IMG/VR virus record: IMGVR_UViG_3300036770_006954 | Span: 96,001 to 160,000 of that record | Strand: one strand, 5' to 3' | Length of the DNA stretch: 64,000 bases | Source of the DNA: a virus | Part shown: one piece after another, positions 48,990 through 58,044 of the stretch | Numbering within the stretch: the stretch's first letter is position 1 | How the letters are laid out: each line of letters opens with the position of its first letter | Translations under genes and position numbers: made by a program | Notes under the pieces: model-generated | Told to the model about the DNA's origin: nothing | What the model saw: only the letters and a program-made list of their open reading frames with translations | Database searches by the model: none

Positions 48990-49181
48990 TTAGAGAATTT
49001 GAGGGTTGTTATTTTGATTAGTTGCGTTGTGAACAAAATAAGCGGTGAAAAAAATGTTGATACATAAAGATACCCAATCGTAGGTGGAAAGGGTTTCCAT
49101 ATTCGATAAAATCACCATCTTAGCCCCGAGCCAAAAGGTAAAAAGGTACGCCAATACCTGATAAATCATTTTTTGTGTCAT
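48990..49181 (-). CDS. small two-TM protein
   Basis: Two hydrophobic segments; TATCTTTG promoter upstream. Confidence 0.55.
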   Translation of the reverse strand: MTQKMIYQVLAYLFTFWLGAKMVILSNMETLSTYDWVSLCINIFFTAYFVHNATNQNNNPQIL

Positions 49182-49242
49182 AGTTCAAACTTTTAAGTTT
49201 ATCACAAAGATACAACAAAAAATTTAAACCACCAAATGTTAG

Positions 49243-49313
49243 CACGCCCACTAGGACTCGAACCTAGAACAACGGTTTTGGAGACCGTCATGTTACCATT
49301 ACACTATGGACGC
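49243..49313 (-). tRNA. tRNA-Trp(CCA)
   Basis: Cloverleaf, loop CTCCAAA. Confidence 0.95.
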
Positions 49314-49319
49314 ATTTTG

Positions 49320-49391
49320 TAGTTCCTGAAGGATTTGAACCCTCACCATTTCATCCGTAGTGAAAGATGCTATCCATTACACCAAAGAACC
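49320..49391 (-). tRNA. tRNA-Arg(ACG)
   Basis: Cloverleaf, loop CTACGGA. Confidence 0.93.
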
Positions 49392-49395
49392 ATTG

Positions 49396-49466
49396 TTACC
49401 CCGGATAGATTCGAACTACCATTAAATGAGTCAAAGTCATTTGTCCTGCCCTTAGACGACGGGGTA
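49396..49466 (-). tRNA. tRNA-Gln(TTG)
   Basis: Cloverleaf, loop CTTTGAC. Confidence 0.93.
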
Positions 49467-49471
49467 ATAAG

Positions 49472-49546
49472 TTGGAAAGATAGGACTCGAACCTATGACC
49501 TTCTCGGTATCAGCGAGACGCTCTAAACCAACTGAGCTACATTCCA
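49472..49546 (-). tRNA. tRNA-Ile(GAT)
   Basis: Cloverleaf, loop CTGATAC. Confidence 0.92.
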
Positions 49547-49553
49547 ATTAAAG

Positions 49554-49628
49554 TGGAGAGGATGGGAATCGAACCCATATCTCTGAATTTTCAGTCCAGT
49601 GCGTACTGACCAACTGCGCTACCTCTCC
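49554..49628 (-). tRNA. tRNA-Phe(GAA)
   Basis: Cloverleaf, loop CTGAAAA. Confidence 0.92.
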
Positions 49629-49660
49629 ATGGCTACCAATATGTCAAAGAACTTAGTAAG

Positions 49661-49696
49661 AAAACAAAAGACCCGAACCTTTTTGGGGTTCGGGCC
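49661..49696 (-). terminator. intrinsic terminator/attenuator upstream of tRNA operon
   Basis: GGCCCGAACC-loop-GGTTCGGGTC followed by TTTTGTTTT. Confidence 0.8.
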
Positions 49697-49724
49697 TCTG
49701 TATAGTTTCTTACAAGTACTACAT

Positions 49725-49817
49725 TCAAACTCCCAAACCCGCACAACTACGCTGGTACCATTTTACACAAATGATATCAAACATATTGTTAACGAGATTA
49801 TGAAATAGAGTTTTCAT
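49725..49817 (-). CDS. putative leader peptide MKTLFHNLVNNMFDIICVKWYQRSCAGLGV
   Basis: 30-codon ORF between a TATCTTTG promoter (49836-49843) and the terminator; A-rich upstream context. Confidence 0.65.
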   Translation of the reverse strand: MKTLFHNLVNNMFDIICVKWYQRSCAGLGV

Positions 49818-49853
49818 GTTTTTATAATTATACCACAAAGATACAAAAGATTT

Positions 49854-50576
49854 TTAATCTATCAAATTCTTTTTATAAATAACCGATAAATATTCACCAA
49901 ATGGTGGTTCTAATTCTATAGTTGGTTCAGTATCAAACAATTCGATAATAACTTTTTGCACCTCATCAGTGTAAATATGATTATAATAATCGTGTAAAAC
50001 AATTACACATTCTTTTTCCATAAATGGTCTTATTGCATATAAGTCTTGTATAATTTGTTCGGGTGTGTGTCCACCATCTAAAAATAAAAAATCGAAGCTA
50101 TTGTTAGAATGGTTATGAACAACCTCCATAACATCATCAGGACTCCAACCTATTTGTGGATTGACAACATCTTTCAAACGAAAATATTCTATAAGATAAT
50201 TTACGGATTTGAAACCATCTGATTGATAGTTAGTTGATTTGTCTTCATAATCTTGGGTATAAACATCTTGTCTCTCCTCAACATAGGCATCCATCGTAAC
50301 TAATTTTCCACCAGTTTGTTTGAAACCAATACCGAGTGCCACAGTACTTACACCAAAAGCGGTCGCTAATTCAAAACCACTCTTCAGATTATATTTAATT
50401 ATTAAATTTTTTAAAAACTCGAACTCGTCATATCGAATTGACAATGGGAAATTATGATTTCCCATTCTGATACAATAATTTTCAATAATATTTTCTTGAA
50501 AAGGTTTTCTATATCCATTTATTTTATATTCAACAGGTCCCCATTTCAATTTAGGGATTTCAAAAAATTCACTCAT
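49854..50576 (-). CDS. class I SAM methyltransferase (Methyltransf_24-like)
   Basis: FELATAFGVST, LVTMD, FDFLFLDGGH, IVLHD. Confidence 0.8.
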   Translation of the reverse strand: MSEFFEIPKLKWGPVEYKINGYRKPFQENIIENYCIRMGNHNFPLSIRYDEFEFLKNLIIKYNLKSGFELATAFGVSTVALGIGFKQTGGKLVTMDAYVEERQDVYTQDYEDKSTNYQSDGFKSVNYLIEYFRLKDVVNPQIGWSPDDVMEVVHNHSNNSFDFLFLDGGHTPEQIIQDLYAIRPFMEKECVIVLHDYYNHIYTDEVQKVIIELFDTEPTIELEPPFGEYLSVIYKKNLID

Positions 50577-50579
50577 AAA

Positions 50580-50849
50580 TTAAAATATAGATGCGGCATC
50601 GTCAGATTCAAGTAAAACTTTGATTCCCAAATATTTTTCACAAACCTCATAAAAGTCTTCAACTTTTGTTTTTGTCAAATCTTGAGGATTTTCGATTGTT
50701 AGGTAAAAACCTGATTTAGTTTCAAAAATAGAATTTTTTTCGTTGTATTCAAAATAAGCCATTCTTCTGTAACCACGATATTTGGCTTCAGGTAGAAACT
50801 TATCAACCATTGTTTGAAATGGTGGATTTAGAAATGAACCCCTTGTCAT
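50580..50849 (-). CDS. hypothetical protein
   Basis: ATG ORF MTRGSF just after tRNA. Confidence 0.45.
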   Translation of the reverse strand: MTRGSFLNPPFQTMVDKFLPEAKYRGYRRMAYFEYNEKNSIFETKSGFYLTIENPQDLTKTKVEDFYEVCEKYLGIKVLLESDDAASIF

Positions 50850-50851
50850 AG

Positions 50852-50924
50852 TTGTGTGAATGGGATTCGAACCCATGACCTGAATGGTATAAGCATTCTG
50901 CTCTCACCACTGAGCTACCACACA
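50852..50924 (-). tRNA. tRNA-Ile(TAT)
   Basis: GAATG-CTTATAC-CATTC anticodon arm in a full cloverleaf. Confidence 0.88.
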
Positions 50925-50930
50925 AATTTG

Positions 50931-51015
50931 TACCGATGGCCGGACTCGAACCGGCACGGACCCTTCGGTCCAAGGGATTTTAAGTCCCTCGTGGCTACCT
51001 TTACACCACATCGGC
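50931..51015 (-). tRNA. tRNA-Leu(TAA)
   Basis: Cloverleaf, loop CTTAAAA, long variable arm. Confidence 0.95.
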
Positions 51016-51045
51016 AAATAACACTACAAATATAAGAATAAATTT

Positions 51046-51750
51046 TTAGAATTCCAACTCCAAAATGGTATCAGATGCCCAACCATCAATATTTTCAATG
51101 TAAAAGATGTTTACCGACTTTTCTTCCAAATCAAATTCAACACTTCCTTGAGAGCCCTCATTGATTTCCCATCCTCCAGGTAAATTCCTGTCAATAAATG
51201 TTTCAACTATCTGAGGCATATCGAATGTTTCACTAAGTCCAATTAAAGTGTCTGTAACATACCCAGAGTCACCACTACCTTCGAATGCAGTTTTAAGAAA
51301 TCTAACCTCACTCTCACCTACGACCCGAACTAAAGATTCATAAATTTCATCAGGCATTTCTAAGATAAAGACTTGTTCTTCACTCTCAGTCCAATAGTTT
51401 AATTCCGCAATTGCGGAAATTTTTCGCTCTTTTAAGTTCATTATGATAGACAACTGATAATTTGATGCTTCATTTAAACCAACTGTGTCTAATATTTTGT
51501 TAAAACTTAGTTCAACCTCAGGTTCAATTTTTTCTTCATAAAACTTGAAAAGAAAGTCCCTAATTTTTGTTGGTATGTTCAAATCAACACTACCATAATT
51601 CATATCAACACCGAAATCATCTTCAGAAACATTCAAACCATCCCAAGGATTGTCATCAAAGTTAAATTCCCATCTCAGGTACTTTCTTCCCGTAGATTTT
51701 GCATACTTCCACAGAAAATCTAACATCCTTTGTTCTTCAGGTGTCCACAT
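51046..51750 (-). CDS. DUF6878-like domain protein
   Basis: FEGSGDSG...GWEINEGSQG. Confidence 0.55.
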   Translation of the reverse strand: MWTPEEQRMLDFLWKYAKSTGRKYLRWEFNFDDNPWDGLNVSEDDFGVDMNYGSVDLNIPTKIRDFLFKFYEEKIEPEVELSFNKILDTVGLNEASNYQLSIIMNLKERKISAIAELNYWTESEEQVFILEMPDEIYESLVRVVGESEVRFLKTAFEGSGDSGYVTDTLIGLSETFDMPQIVETFIDRNLPGGWEINEGSQGSVEFDLEEKSVNIFYIENIDGWASDTILELEF

Positions 51751-51762
51751 AAATTATAAATA

Positions 51763-52116
51763 TCAGTCTGCTGACTCAATTTTTAATGTCCGAGTCATCC
51801 AAACTGGTTTTGGATTCTTTTGTAATCCAATAATCCATTCTTTTGCTGTTGGGATATAGTTGTTACAATCTTCTTTTACATGTTGTTCCCCAACATAACG
51901 AGTGTAAACTGTACGCCCATCTGAGTTTACAAAAGAAACTCCAAATACTTTTTCCATTTCAAAAATACCTTCACTATGATGACGGAATATTCTGTGTAAA
52001 GAATCTCCGAACCAACTTTTGGTTTCATCCATCCACTGATGTAGATGATGATAATCCTCAGGTTTCCCCCCAAATTTCCTTGCGGAGGATTTTGAATGTT
52101 CGAATGGGTGAGCCAT
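51763..52116 (-). CDS. DUF6915-like protein
   Basis: HPFEHSKSSARKFGGKPEDY...RHHSEGIFE...EQHVKED. Confidence 0.7.
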   Translation of the reverse strand: MAHPFEHSKSSARKFGGKPEDYHHLHQWMDETKSWFGDSLHRIFRHHSEGIFEMEKVFGVSFVNSDGRTVYTRYVGEQHVKEDCNNYIPTAKEWIIGLQKNPKPVWMTRTLKIESAD

Positions 52117-52295
52117 TAAGATAGTTGTTTCACAGTGTATTTGTTTCCACTTAAAGAATTGGATTCAAACAATTTAGCAATTTTATTCGCTTGTTCGAAT
52201 GTTTCAAATTCCATTGGGATACCCTCACTATCATTTACCAAAATTGTCATTTTTTGGTTCAGAAACAAAGTTTCTTTTAAAATAATATAAGACAT
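52116..52295 (-). CDS. small hypothetical protein (59 aa, not in ORF track)
   Basis: MSYIILKE...KQLS*, stop overlaps the next ATG. Confidence 0.55.
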   Translation of the reverse strand: MSYIILKETLFLNQKMTILVNDSEGIPMEFETFEQANKIAKLFESNSLSGNKYTVKQLS

Positions 52296-52408
52296 AAGTT
52301 TAAATACTTGTTACGGTATTACAATAAATCATAATCTCAACTTTCAAATCTTGACTGAAAGCAAAAAATAATTCGTTTAAAAATTTTTTCATAGTTTCAA
52401 AAATTTTG

Positions 52409-52481
52409 TAGGGATGACAGGGCTCGAACCTGCGACCCCCTGGTCCCAAACCAGGTACGCTACCATCTGCGCCACATCCCT
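52409..52481 (-). tRNA. tRNA-Pro(TGG)
   Basis: Cloverleaf, loop TTTGGGA. Confidence 0.93.
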
Positions 52482-52508
52482 AATTAACCAATAAGATAAG
52501 AAGAAAAA

Positions 52509-52709
52509 CTAAAGAGACAACTTTTTCTGTGCCTTTCTTTCGGCAACTTTCTGTTTGTGAAGGCGCTCATACGCTTTGAAAGCTGCGTCGGCACGATTCA
52601 TTTTCGGGTCTTTCATTATCATTGAAGAAGTCTCCATTCTCCATTCTTCAAAAAACCCTTTTCGGTGAGCATCAAAACCATAAGATTCGTATATGTCTTC
52701 TGTTGTCAT
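52509..52709 (-). CDS. hypothetical protein
   Basis: 66 aa ORF. Confidence 0.5.
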   Translation of the reverse strand: MTTEDIYESYGFDAHRKGFFEEWRMETSSMIMKDPKMNRADAAFKAYERLHKQKVAERKAQKKLSL

Positions 52710-52895
52710 TTCAATTGCCCTGTGTATATTAAATATAACAAAAATGTAAAAATTTATACATCAAATTACGGATATTTATAGTGATATGTACAGTTTTTGG
52801 GGCACATACTCAAGTCAACTATTTAATGAACTCGTTCGTTTTCAGAACATGTTCAAACGATGTGTGCTTCGGGACCTGAAACAAAATTAATTTAC

Positions 52896-52921
52896 AAAAG
52901 GGGTCTATGAGCCCCTTTTTT
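52896..52921 (+). terminator. intrinsic terminator
   Basis: AAAAGGGG...CCCCTTTTTT. Confidence 0.7.
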
Positions 52922-52950
52922 ATTGTGTTGATGTTTAATATATTTGTCAC

Positions 52951-53439
52951 ATGCAAAAAGTACTTGTTTTGAACTTTGACTATTCACCTTTGAATATTAC
53001 TTCACTTCAGAGGGGATTTACTTTGGTTGTGAATGGAAAGGCTGAAATCATTAAATCGGCAGAAAACCCTATAACCACTTTTACACAAACCTATGTACGC
53101 CCTTTAATTATCCGCCTTCTAAAATACATCAACCACCGAAGTTCAGGAATCAGAGTTAATCGTCATAGAATTTTCAAAAGGGATGGAAACGAGTGCGTTT
53201 ATTGTTTTTCAAAAAAAGATTTAACAATCGACCATGTCGTCCCTCGTTCAAGAGGTGGAAAAAACACTTGGAACAATTTAGTTACCTGTTGTTCGAAGTG
53301 TAACTTGAAAAAAGGGAATCGTACACCTGAGGAAGCTCGCATGCCGCTTAAGAAAAAACCTTATGAACCAAATTTTGTTGATGAGGTTACAACACTCAAT
53401 GATGCTTGGGATAGTTTCAAACAAAGCTTTTTTTCTTAA
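52951..53439 (+). CDS. HNH endonuclease (McrA-like)
   Basis: RDGNECVYC, LTIDHVVPRSRGG, WNNLVTCCSKCNLKKG. Confidence 0.92.
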   Translation: MQKVLVLNFDYSPLNITSLQRGFTLVVNGKAEIIKSAENPITTFTQTYVRPLIIRLLKYINHRSSGIRVNRHRIFKRDGNECVYCFSKKDLTIDHVVPRSRGGKNTWNNLVTCCSKCNLKKGNRTPEEARMPLKKKPYEPNFVDEVTTLNDAWDSFKQSFFS

Positions 53440-53471
53440 TCTTTTTTAATACTTTTTTAAAAAAACTTATA

Positions 53472-53729
53472 ATGGAAAATCAAAATACATTAAGTGAACA
53501 AGATTATATCAACGCTTCATTACTTTTTTCAAAAGCGTTGTCCCTAATTTTCGAAGATTACCAAGGAATTGTTGTTGACGTAAAAACCACCGATATTAAA
53601 TTACCCAATAGTCCTGGAAAAGTAGTTATCTATAAATTAGAAGAAAAAATTCACATTCAACACATCGAAGAAAATATCGAGGAAGGTACAATTGTAAATC
53701 TTTCTCATAAAGAAGAAAATCAACAATAA
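53472..53729 (+). CDS. hypothetical protein
   Basis: 85 aa ORF. Confidence 0.55.
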   Translation: MENQNTLSEQDYINASLLFSKALSLIFEDYQGIVVDVKTTDIKLPNSPGKVVIYKLEEKIHIQHIEENIEEGTIVNLSHKEENQQ

Positions 53730-53731
53730 AA

Positions 53732-55405
53732 ATGACAGTTTTAGGATTTTCAGTCGGACACGATAAGGGTGCAGTAATAGTTCAAGACAATAGAGTTGCT
53801 ATTGGAATTTCACAAGAAAGACTTAGTAGATTAAAACATGATGGTGCTTTCACTGAGGGTGCAATTCCTGTTGAATCTATTATGTATTGTTTGACAGAGT
53901 TGGACATTACAATCGATGAAATAGATTTAATAGTTTACAGTACAACTGAATTGTTGGATAACACATATGAACAATTTAATAAAATTTTCAAAATACCTAA
54001 AAACAAACTAAAGTTTATCCCACACCATTTAGCACATGCTTATTCGAGTTTTTTCACCTCAGGATTTGATGAAGCTGCCGTGATTGTTGCAGATGCTTCA
54101 GGTAGCATTGCAAATGACAGAACAAAGTTGAAAGAATGGTATCCTGAATTGACAACAGAAGGATTAGAAGACGGTGAAGATTGGACTGAAGGAATTTCTA
54201 TTTATCATTTAAATCGTAAAGACTATAAAGAAGTATACAAAAAATGGATTAAGTATCCCGTCCCTTTAGGAACTGGTGAGGATGTTTCTGTCGGCACTAT
54301 GTATTCTGAGGGTTGTCACCGATTAATTTATTCTCCTGATACTAACTCTTGGCCGGCAGGAAAATTGATGGGATTGGCTTCTTATGCAGACCCTGAGATT
54401 GTTGAAAAAGCTGGAAAATTTATTCAATATGAGAACAATGAATTGTATATTCCAAACAACCCTATTTATCCTCGCGTAACTTGGAAATCTGACTTTTTCT
54501 CTAAAGCTTGTGTTGCGGGTATCTACCAAAGAGAACAAGAACGAGTTTCTCTTTATTTGGCAGACATGGCCAAAAATCTAACAAATTCCAAAAATGTATG
54601 CACCGCTGGTGGGTCTTTCTTGAATTGCAATTCTAACGAATTGATACTTAAGTCAGATTTATTCGAAAATTGTTATTTTGTTCCACCAGCTGATGATAGT
54701 GGAATACCATTAGGATGTGCTTGGTGGGGTTTCCAACAAGTTACCGAAATCACTTATACACCCACAATGTGGCCATATTTTGGTAAAACTTATTCTGATG
54801 TAGAAATTTTAGATGCAACTTCAAGGTTTGATAATATTGATGTCCAATATTACAATAATTTCGATGAAATTTTAGAAATAATAGGTGAGTGGCTCACTCA
54901 AAATAGAGTTGTTGGTTGGTTTCAGAACGGTTCTGAAATAGGTCCAAGAGCTCTTGGAAACCGTTCAATTTTAGCGTCACCAATAAATCGATGGATGAAG
55001 GACCATATTAATCACGATATTAAAAAGAGAGAGTGGTACCGTCCCTTTGCACCTGCAGTTATCTTTGACAAACAAAAGGAAATTTTCGACACAGATTATT
55101 TTTCACCATTTATGTTAGTTACTGCAATCGTTAATGAAAATTGGAGAGAAAAAATTCCCGCTGTAGTTCATGTTGATAATTCTGCTCGTTACCAATCGGT
55201 TACACCTGTGAGCAATCCGAGGTTTTTTGGATTAATCAACAAATTTTATGAAAAAACAGGAGTTCCTGTGTTATTAAACACAAGTTTCAATGGTCCTCAC
55301 GAACCGATTGTTGAAACACCATACGATGCAATTAAAACATTTCTCTCTCAACATTTAGATTTCTTAGTTGTTGGGAATTATATCATTACAAATCAAAACA
55401 GATAG
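53732..55405 (+). CDS. NodU/CmcH-family O-carbamoyltransferase
   Basis: QERLSRLKH, HHLAHA, GKLMGLASY, EIGPRALGNRSILA, RPFAP, LNTSFN. Confidence 0.93.
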   Translation: MTVLGFSVGHDKGAVIVQDNRVAIGISQERLSRLKHDGAFTEGAIPVESIMYCLTELDITIDEIDLIVYSTTELLDNTYEQFNKIFKIPKNKLKFIPHHLAHAYSSFFTSGFDEAAVIVADASGSIANDRTKLKEWYPELTTEGLEDGEDWTEGISIYHLNRKDYKEVYKKWIKYPVPLGTGEDVSVGTMYSEGCHRLIYSPDTNSWPAGKLMGLASYADPEIVEKAGKFIQYENNELYIPNNPIYPRVTWKSDFFSKACVAGIYQREQERVSLYLADMAKNLTNSKNVCTAGGSFLNCNSNELILKSDLFENCYFVPPADDSGIPLGCAWWGFQQVTEITYTPTMWPYFGKTYSDVEILDATSRFDNIDVQYYNNFDEILEIIGEWLTQNRVVGWFQNGSEIGPRALGNRSILASPINRWMKDHINHDIKKREWYRPFAPAVIFDKQKEIFDTDYFSPFMLVTAIVNENWREKIPAVVHVDNSARYQSVTPVSNPRFFGLINKFYEKTGVPVLLNTSFNGPHEPIVETPYDAIKTFLSQHLDFLVVGNYIITNQNR

Positions 55406-55407
55406 TA

Positions 55408-57012
55408 ATGTCATCCATCTTTGGTTTTTATGCTGGTTCACACAGTGCATCTTCCGTATTAATTGATGATGGTGAAATAAAATTTGCAATTGAAGAAGAA
55501 AGAGTCACAAGAGTAAAATCGGGTTTAAAATACGAAACGTATCCCGTTTTATCTCACTCTCTAATTCAAAGTAAAAGTGGTATTAATGCTAACAACGCTG
55601 ATTTTGTCGTTGTTGCAGACCCTTACCATCAAGATTTTATGAACAAACTGAATGGGGGTAGATTCGAGTCAATATCTCATCATTTGGCACATAACTGCTC
55701 AGCCTATTTTTTAAGTGGGATGGAGGGAAAAGTTCTTTCCATTTCCTTAGATGGCGGTGGAGATACTTGCTATGGTAAAGTATACTTGTGTGAAGACGGA
55801 GAAATGAGTTTGGTAAAAAAAATTCCAATATCAACACAAGGTTCTATCGCATCAGTTTGGGCGTTTACAACTAATGCAATACGTGGTTATGATTATAATG
55901 GTGATTCAATATGGAAAATGTTGAAGGATGAGGGAAAATTAATGGGAATGGCACCTGACGGTAAATTTCGCCAAAGTTATTATAACATTCTTAAATCAAT
56001 TATTAATTACGATAATGAAAATTTTTATCCAGTAAATTCAGGTGGTAGAACACGTTTTGTAATTGACTTGATTAGACCATCCAGTGAATTCGAAATCGAA
56101 GAAAATTTATTGGATTTTGCATATTGTCTTCAATTGGTTACAGAAGAAGTAGTTTTGAAATTTATTGAGGAACTCCACCAAAATTTTCCAACAGTCAACA
56201 AATTGTGCTTTTCGGGAGGCTTGTTTGCTAACGTTAAGTTGAATCAAAAAATAAATGAATTACCATGGGTCGAAGAAATTTTCATCTCACCAGCAATGGG
56301 TGATGAAGGTTTAGCTATGGGTTGTGCATTACACAAAGCAAATCAACTCGGTGAAGTAAAAAAACCATTAAAAATTAACAATGTAAGATTTGGTGTTACC
56401 TATTCAGATGAGGAAGTTTTGGAAATTTCTCACCACTATAAAGTTTTTCGCTATAAGTATGATGAATCAAAAATAGCTGACGATTTGAACAATGGAAAAA
56501 TAATTGGTTGGTTTCAAGATGGAATGGAATTTGGTCCAAGGGCACTTGGTTCAAGAAGTATTTTAGTACGTCCAACTGATTATTCAACCCATTCTGAGTT
56601 GAATAAAAGACTTGGTCGATATGATACTATGCCATTTGCGCCAATGGTTTTAGAGGAAGAATTTGAAGAGGTATTTACCTGTTCTAAATCAAAATATGCA
56701 GCACAATTTATGACTATTTGTTACTCAACCAAACCTGAATGGATTGATAAGATTCCTGCGGTAATTCAAAAGTCAGATAAAACAGCACGTCCACAAGTCA
56801 TCAATCAAGAAAATAATCCGATGGTTTGGTCCTTGATGAAAAACTATCAAAAATTATCGGGAATACCAGTGTTATTGAATACCTCGTTTAATATTCACAA
56901 TGAACCCATTATCGAAAAGCCATCTCATGCATTTCAACATCTTGTAGATAATGTTGTAGATAAATTAGTAATTGGAAATTATGTTTACGAAAATAGGAGA
57001 CGTAAAAATTGA
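55408..57012 (+). CDS. NodU/CmcH-family O-carbamoyltransferase (second copy)
   Basis: EEERVTR, HHLAH, DGGGD, EGKLMG, EFGPRALGSRS, LNTSFN. Confidence 0.93.
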   Translation: MSSIFGFYAGSHSASSVLIDDGEIKFAIEEERVTRVKSGLKYETYPVLSHSLIQSKSGINANNADFVVVADPYHQDFMNKLNGGRFESISHHLAHNCSAYFLSGMEGKVLSISLDGGGDTCYGKVYLCEDGEMSLVKKIPISTQGSIASVWAFTTNAIRGYDYNGDSIWKMLKDEGKLMGMAPDGKFRQSYYNILKSIINYDNENFYPVNSGGRTRFVIDLIRPSSEFEIEENLLDFAYCLQLVTEEVVLKFIEELHQNFPTVNKLCFSGGLFANVKLNQKINELPWVEEIFISPAMGDEGLAMGCALHKANQLGEVKKPLKINNVRFGVTYSDEEVLEISHHYKVFRYKYDESKIADDLNNGKIIGWFQDGMEFGPRALGSRSILVRPTDYSTHSELNKRLGRYDTMPFAPMVLEEEFEEVFTCSKSKYAAQFMTICYSTKPEWIDKIPAVIQKSDKTARPQVINQENNPMVWSLMKNYQKLSGIPVLLNTSFNIHNEPIIEKPSHAFQHLVDNVVDKLVIGNYVYENRRRKN

Positions 57013-57631
57013 GTTGGATTTCAATAAAGGAGTTTTTATGTCGGTCAAAGGACCGCAACTTCTTTACTATTGTGTAATACAAGAATATACAAAAAACAAT
57101 GACCGGCCGAAACTGATTGAGGGACATCAGTTAAATACTATACCAGTTCCTGGACAAGAAGGGTTTAATAGATTGAAAATTGATATAGAATTCTACATGG
57201 ATTTTGAAATCATATTATATTCTTTTGACTATGATAATGGAATTATACCGATTTATAGTCACCGTTACAATGACAGAGATAGATATGTTCAGTTCAATTT
57301 AGTAACCGAAAATTTCGAAGAAGCGGAAATGTGGGAAAAAAGTGTTTTAAAATATTCCGACTTACATGGATGTCAACCAATTATTGTGTCTCAATTTGAT
57401 GAAATCAATCATAGGCACAAAAATTATTTTTTAACCCACCATCCACAAACATACAAAACATATAACATTGGGAGATTTCCCAAACAAAGCCGAGATTTTA
57501 AAACTTATGACTTTAGGGGTCATGGAAATCTTTATTTTGGTAATTGGAAAAAATTTTGGTCTTACCAACACCCAAGAAGTTGGTCAAATTTAAACTCTCA
57601 AGAGATAGTTGATGATATCCTTGGACTTTAA
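56981..57631 (+). CDS. hypothetical protein
   Basis: ORF coupled to the carbamoyltransferase. Confidence 0.55.
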   Translation: MFTKIGDVKIELDFNKGVFMSVKGPQLLYYCVIQEYTKNNDRPKLIEGHQLNTIPVPGQEGFNRLKIDIEFYMDFEIILYSFDYDNGIIPIYSHRYNDRDRYVQFNLVTENFEEAEMWEKSVLKYSDLHGCQPIIVSQFDEINHRHKNYFLTHHPQTYKTYNIGRFPKQSRDFKTYDFRGHGNLYFGNWKKFWSYQHPRSWSNLNSQEIVDDILGL

Positions 57632-57657
57632 TATATTTGATAAAACAATTATCAAAT

Positions 57658-58044
57658 ATGAATTTTAAAAAATACTTTCAATTTTCGGAAACCATTAATG
57701 GAACCAATTACTTTTTACGACAACTTTTAAGCTCTGTCGTTGCTTTTCTTGGAGGTTTTCTCATAGGTTTCGGATTAATCAACGAACAAATAGGATTGTT
57801 TTCATTAGGTTTACCATTAATTACTGCAGCTATTTGGTTTTCTTTAGCGACGATGTATAAACGGATTTTGTCTTTTGAGCCCGAAAATGCTGGTATACTT
57901 ACAAGTGTATTTTTTTCACTTCAGATTCTGAACACATTTTTTCCTGATGGAAATCCTGTTGGAATAATTTTAACCCTTGGTTTGGCCATTGTAGGTTTAT
58001 ACCTTATCTTTGCTAACTCAAATACTTTAAATCACAACGGATGA
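57658..58044 (+). CDS. DUF805-like membrane protein
   Basis: KKYFQFSETI, four TM segments, LATMYKR. Confidence 0.6.
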   Translation: MNFKKYFQFSETINGTNYFLRQLLSSVVAFLGGFLIGFGLINEQIGLFSLGLPLITAAIWFSLATMYKRILSFEPENAGILTSVFFSLQILNTFFPDGNPVGIILTLGLAIVGLYLIFANSNTLNHNG

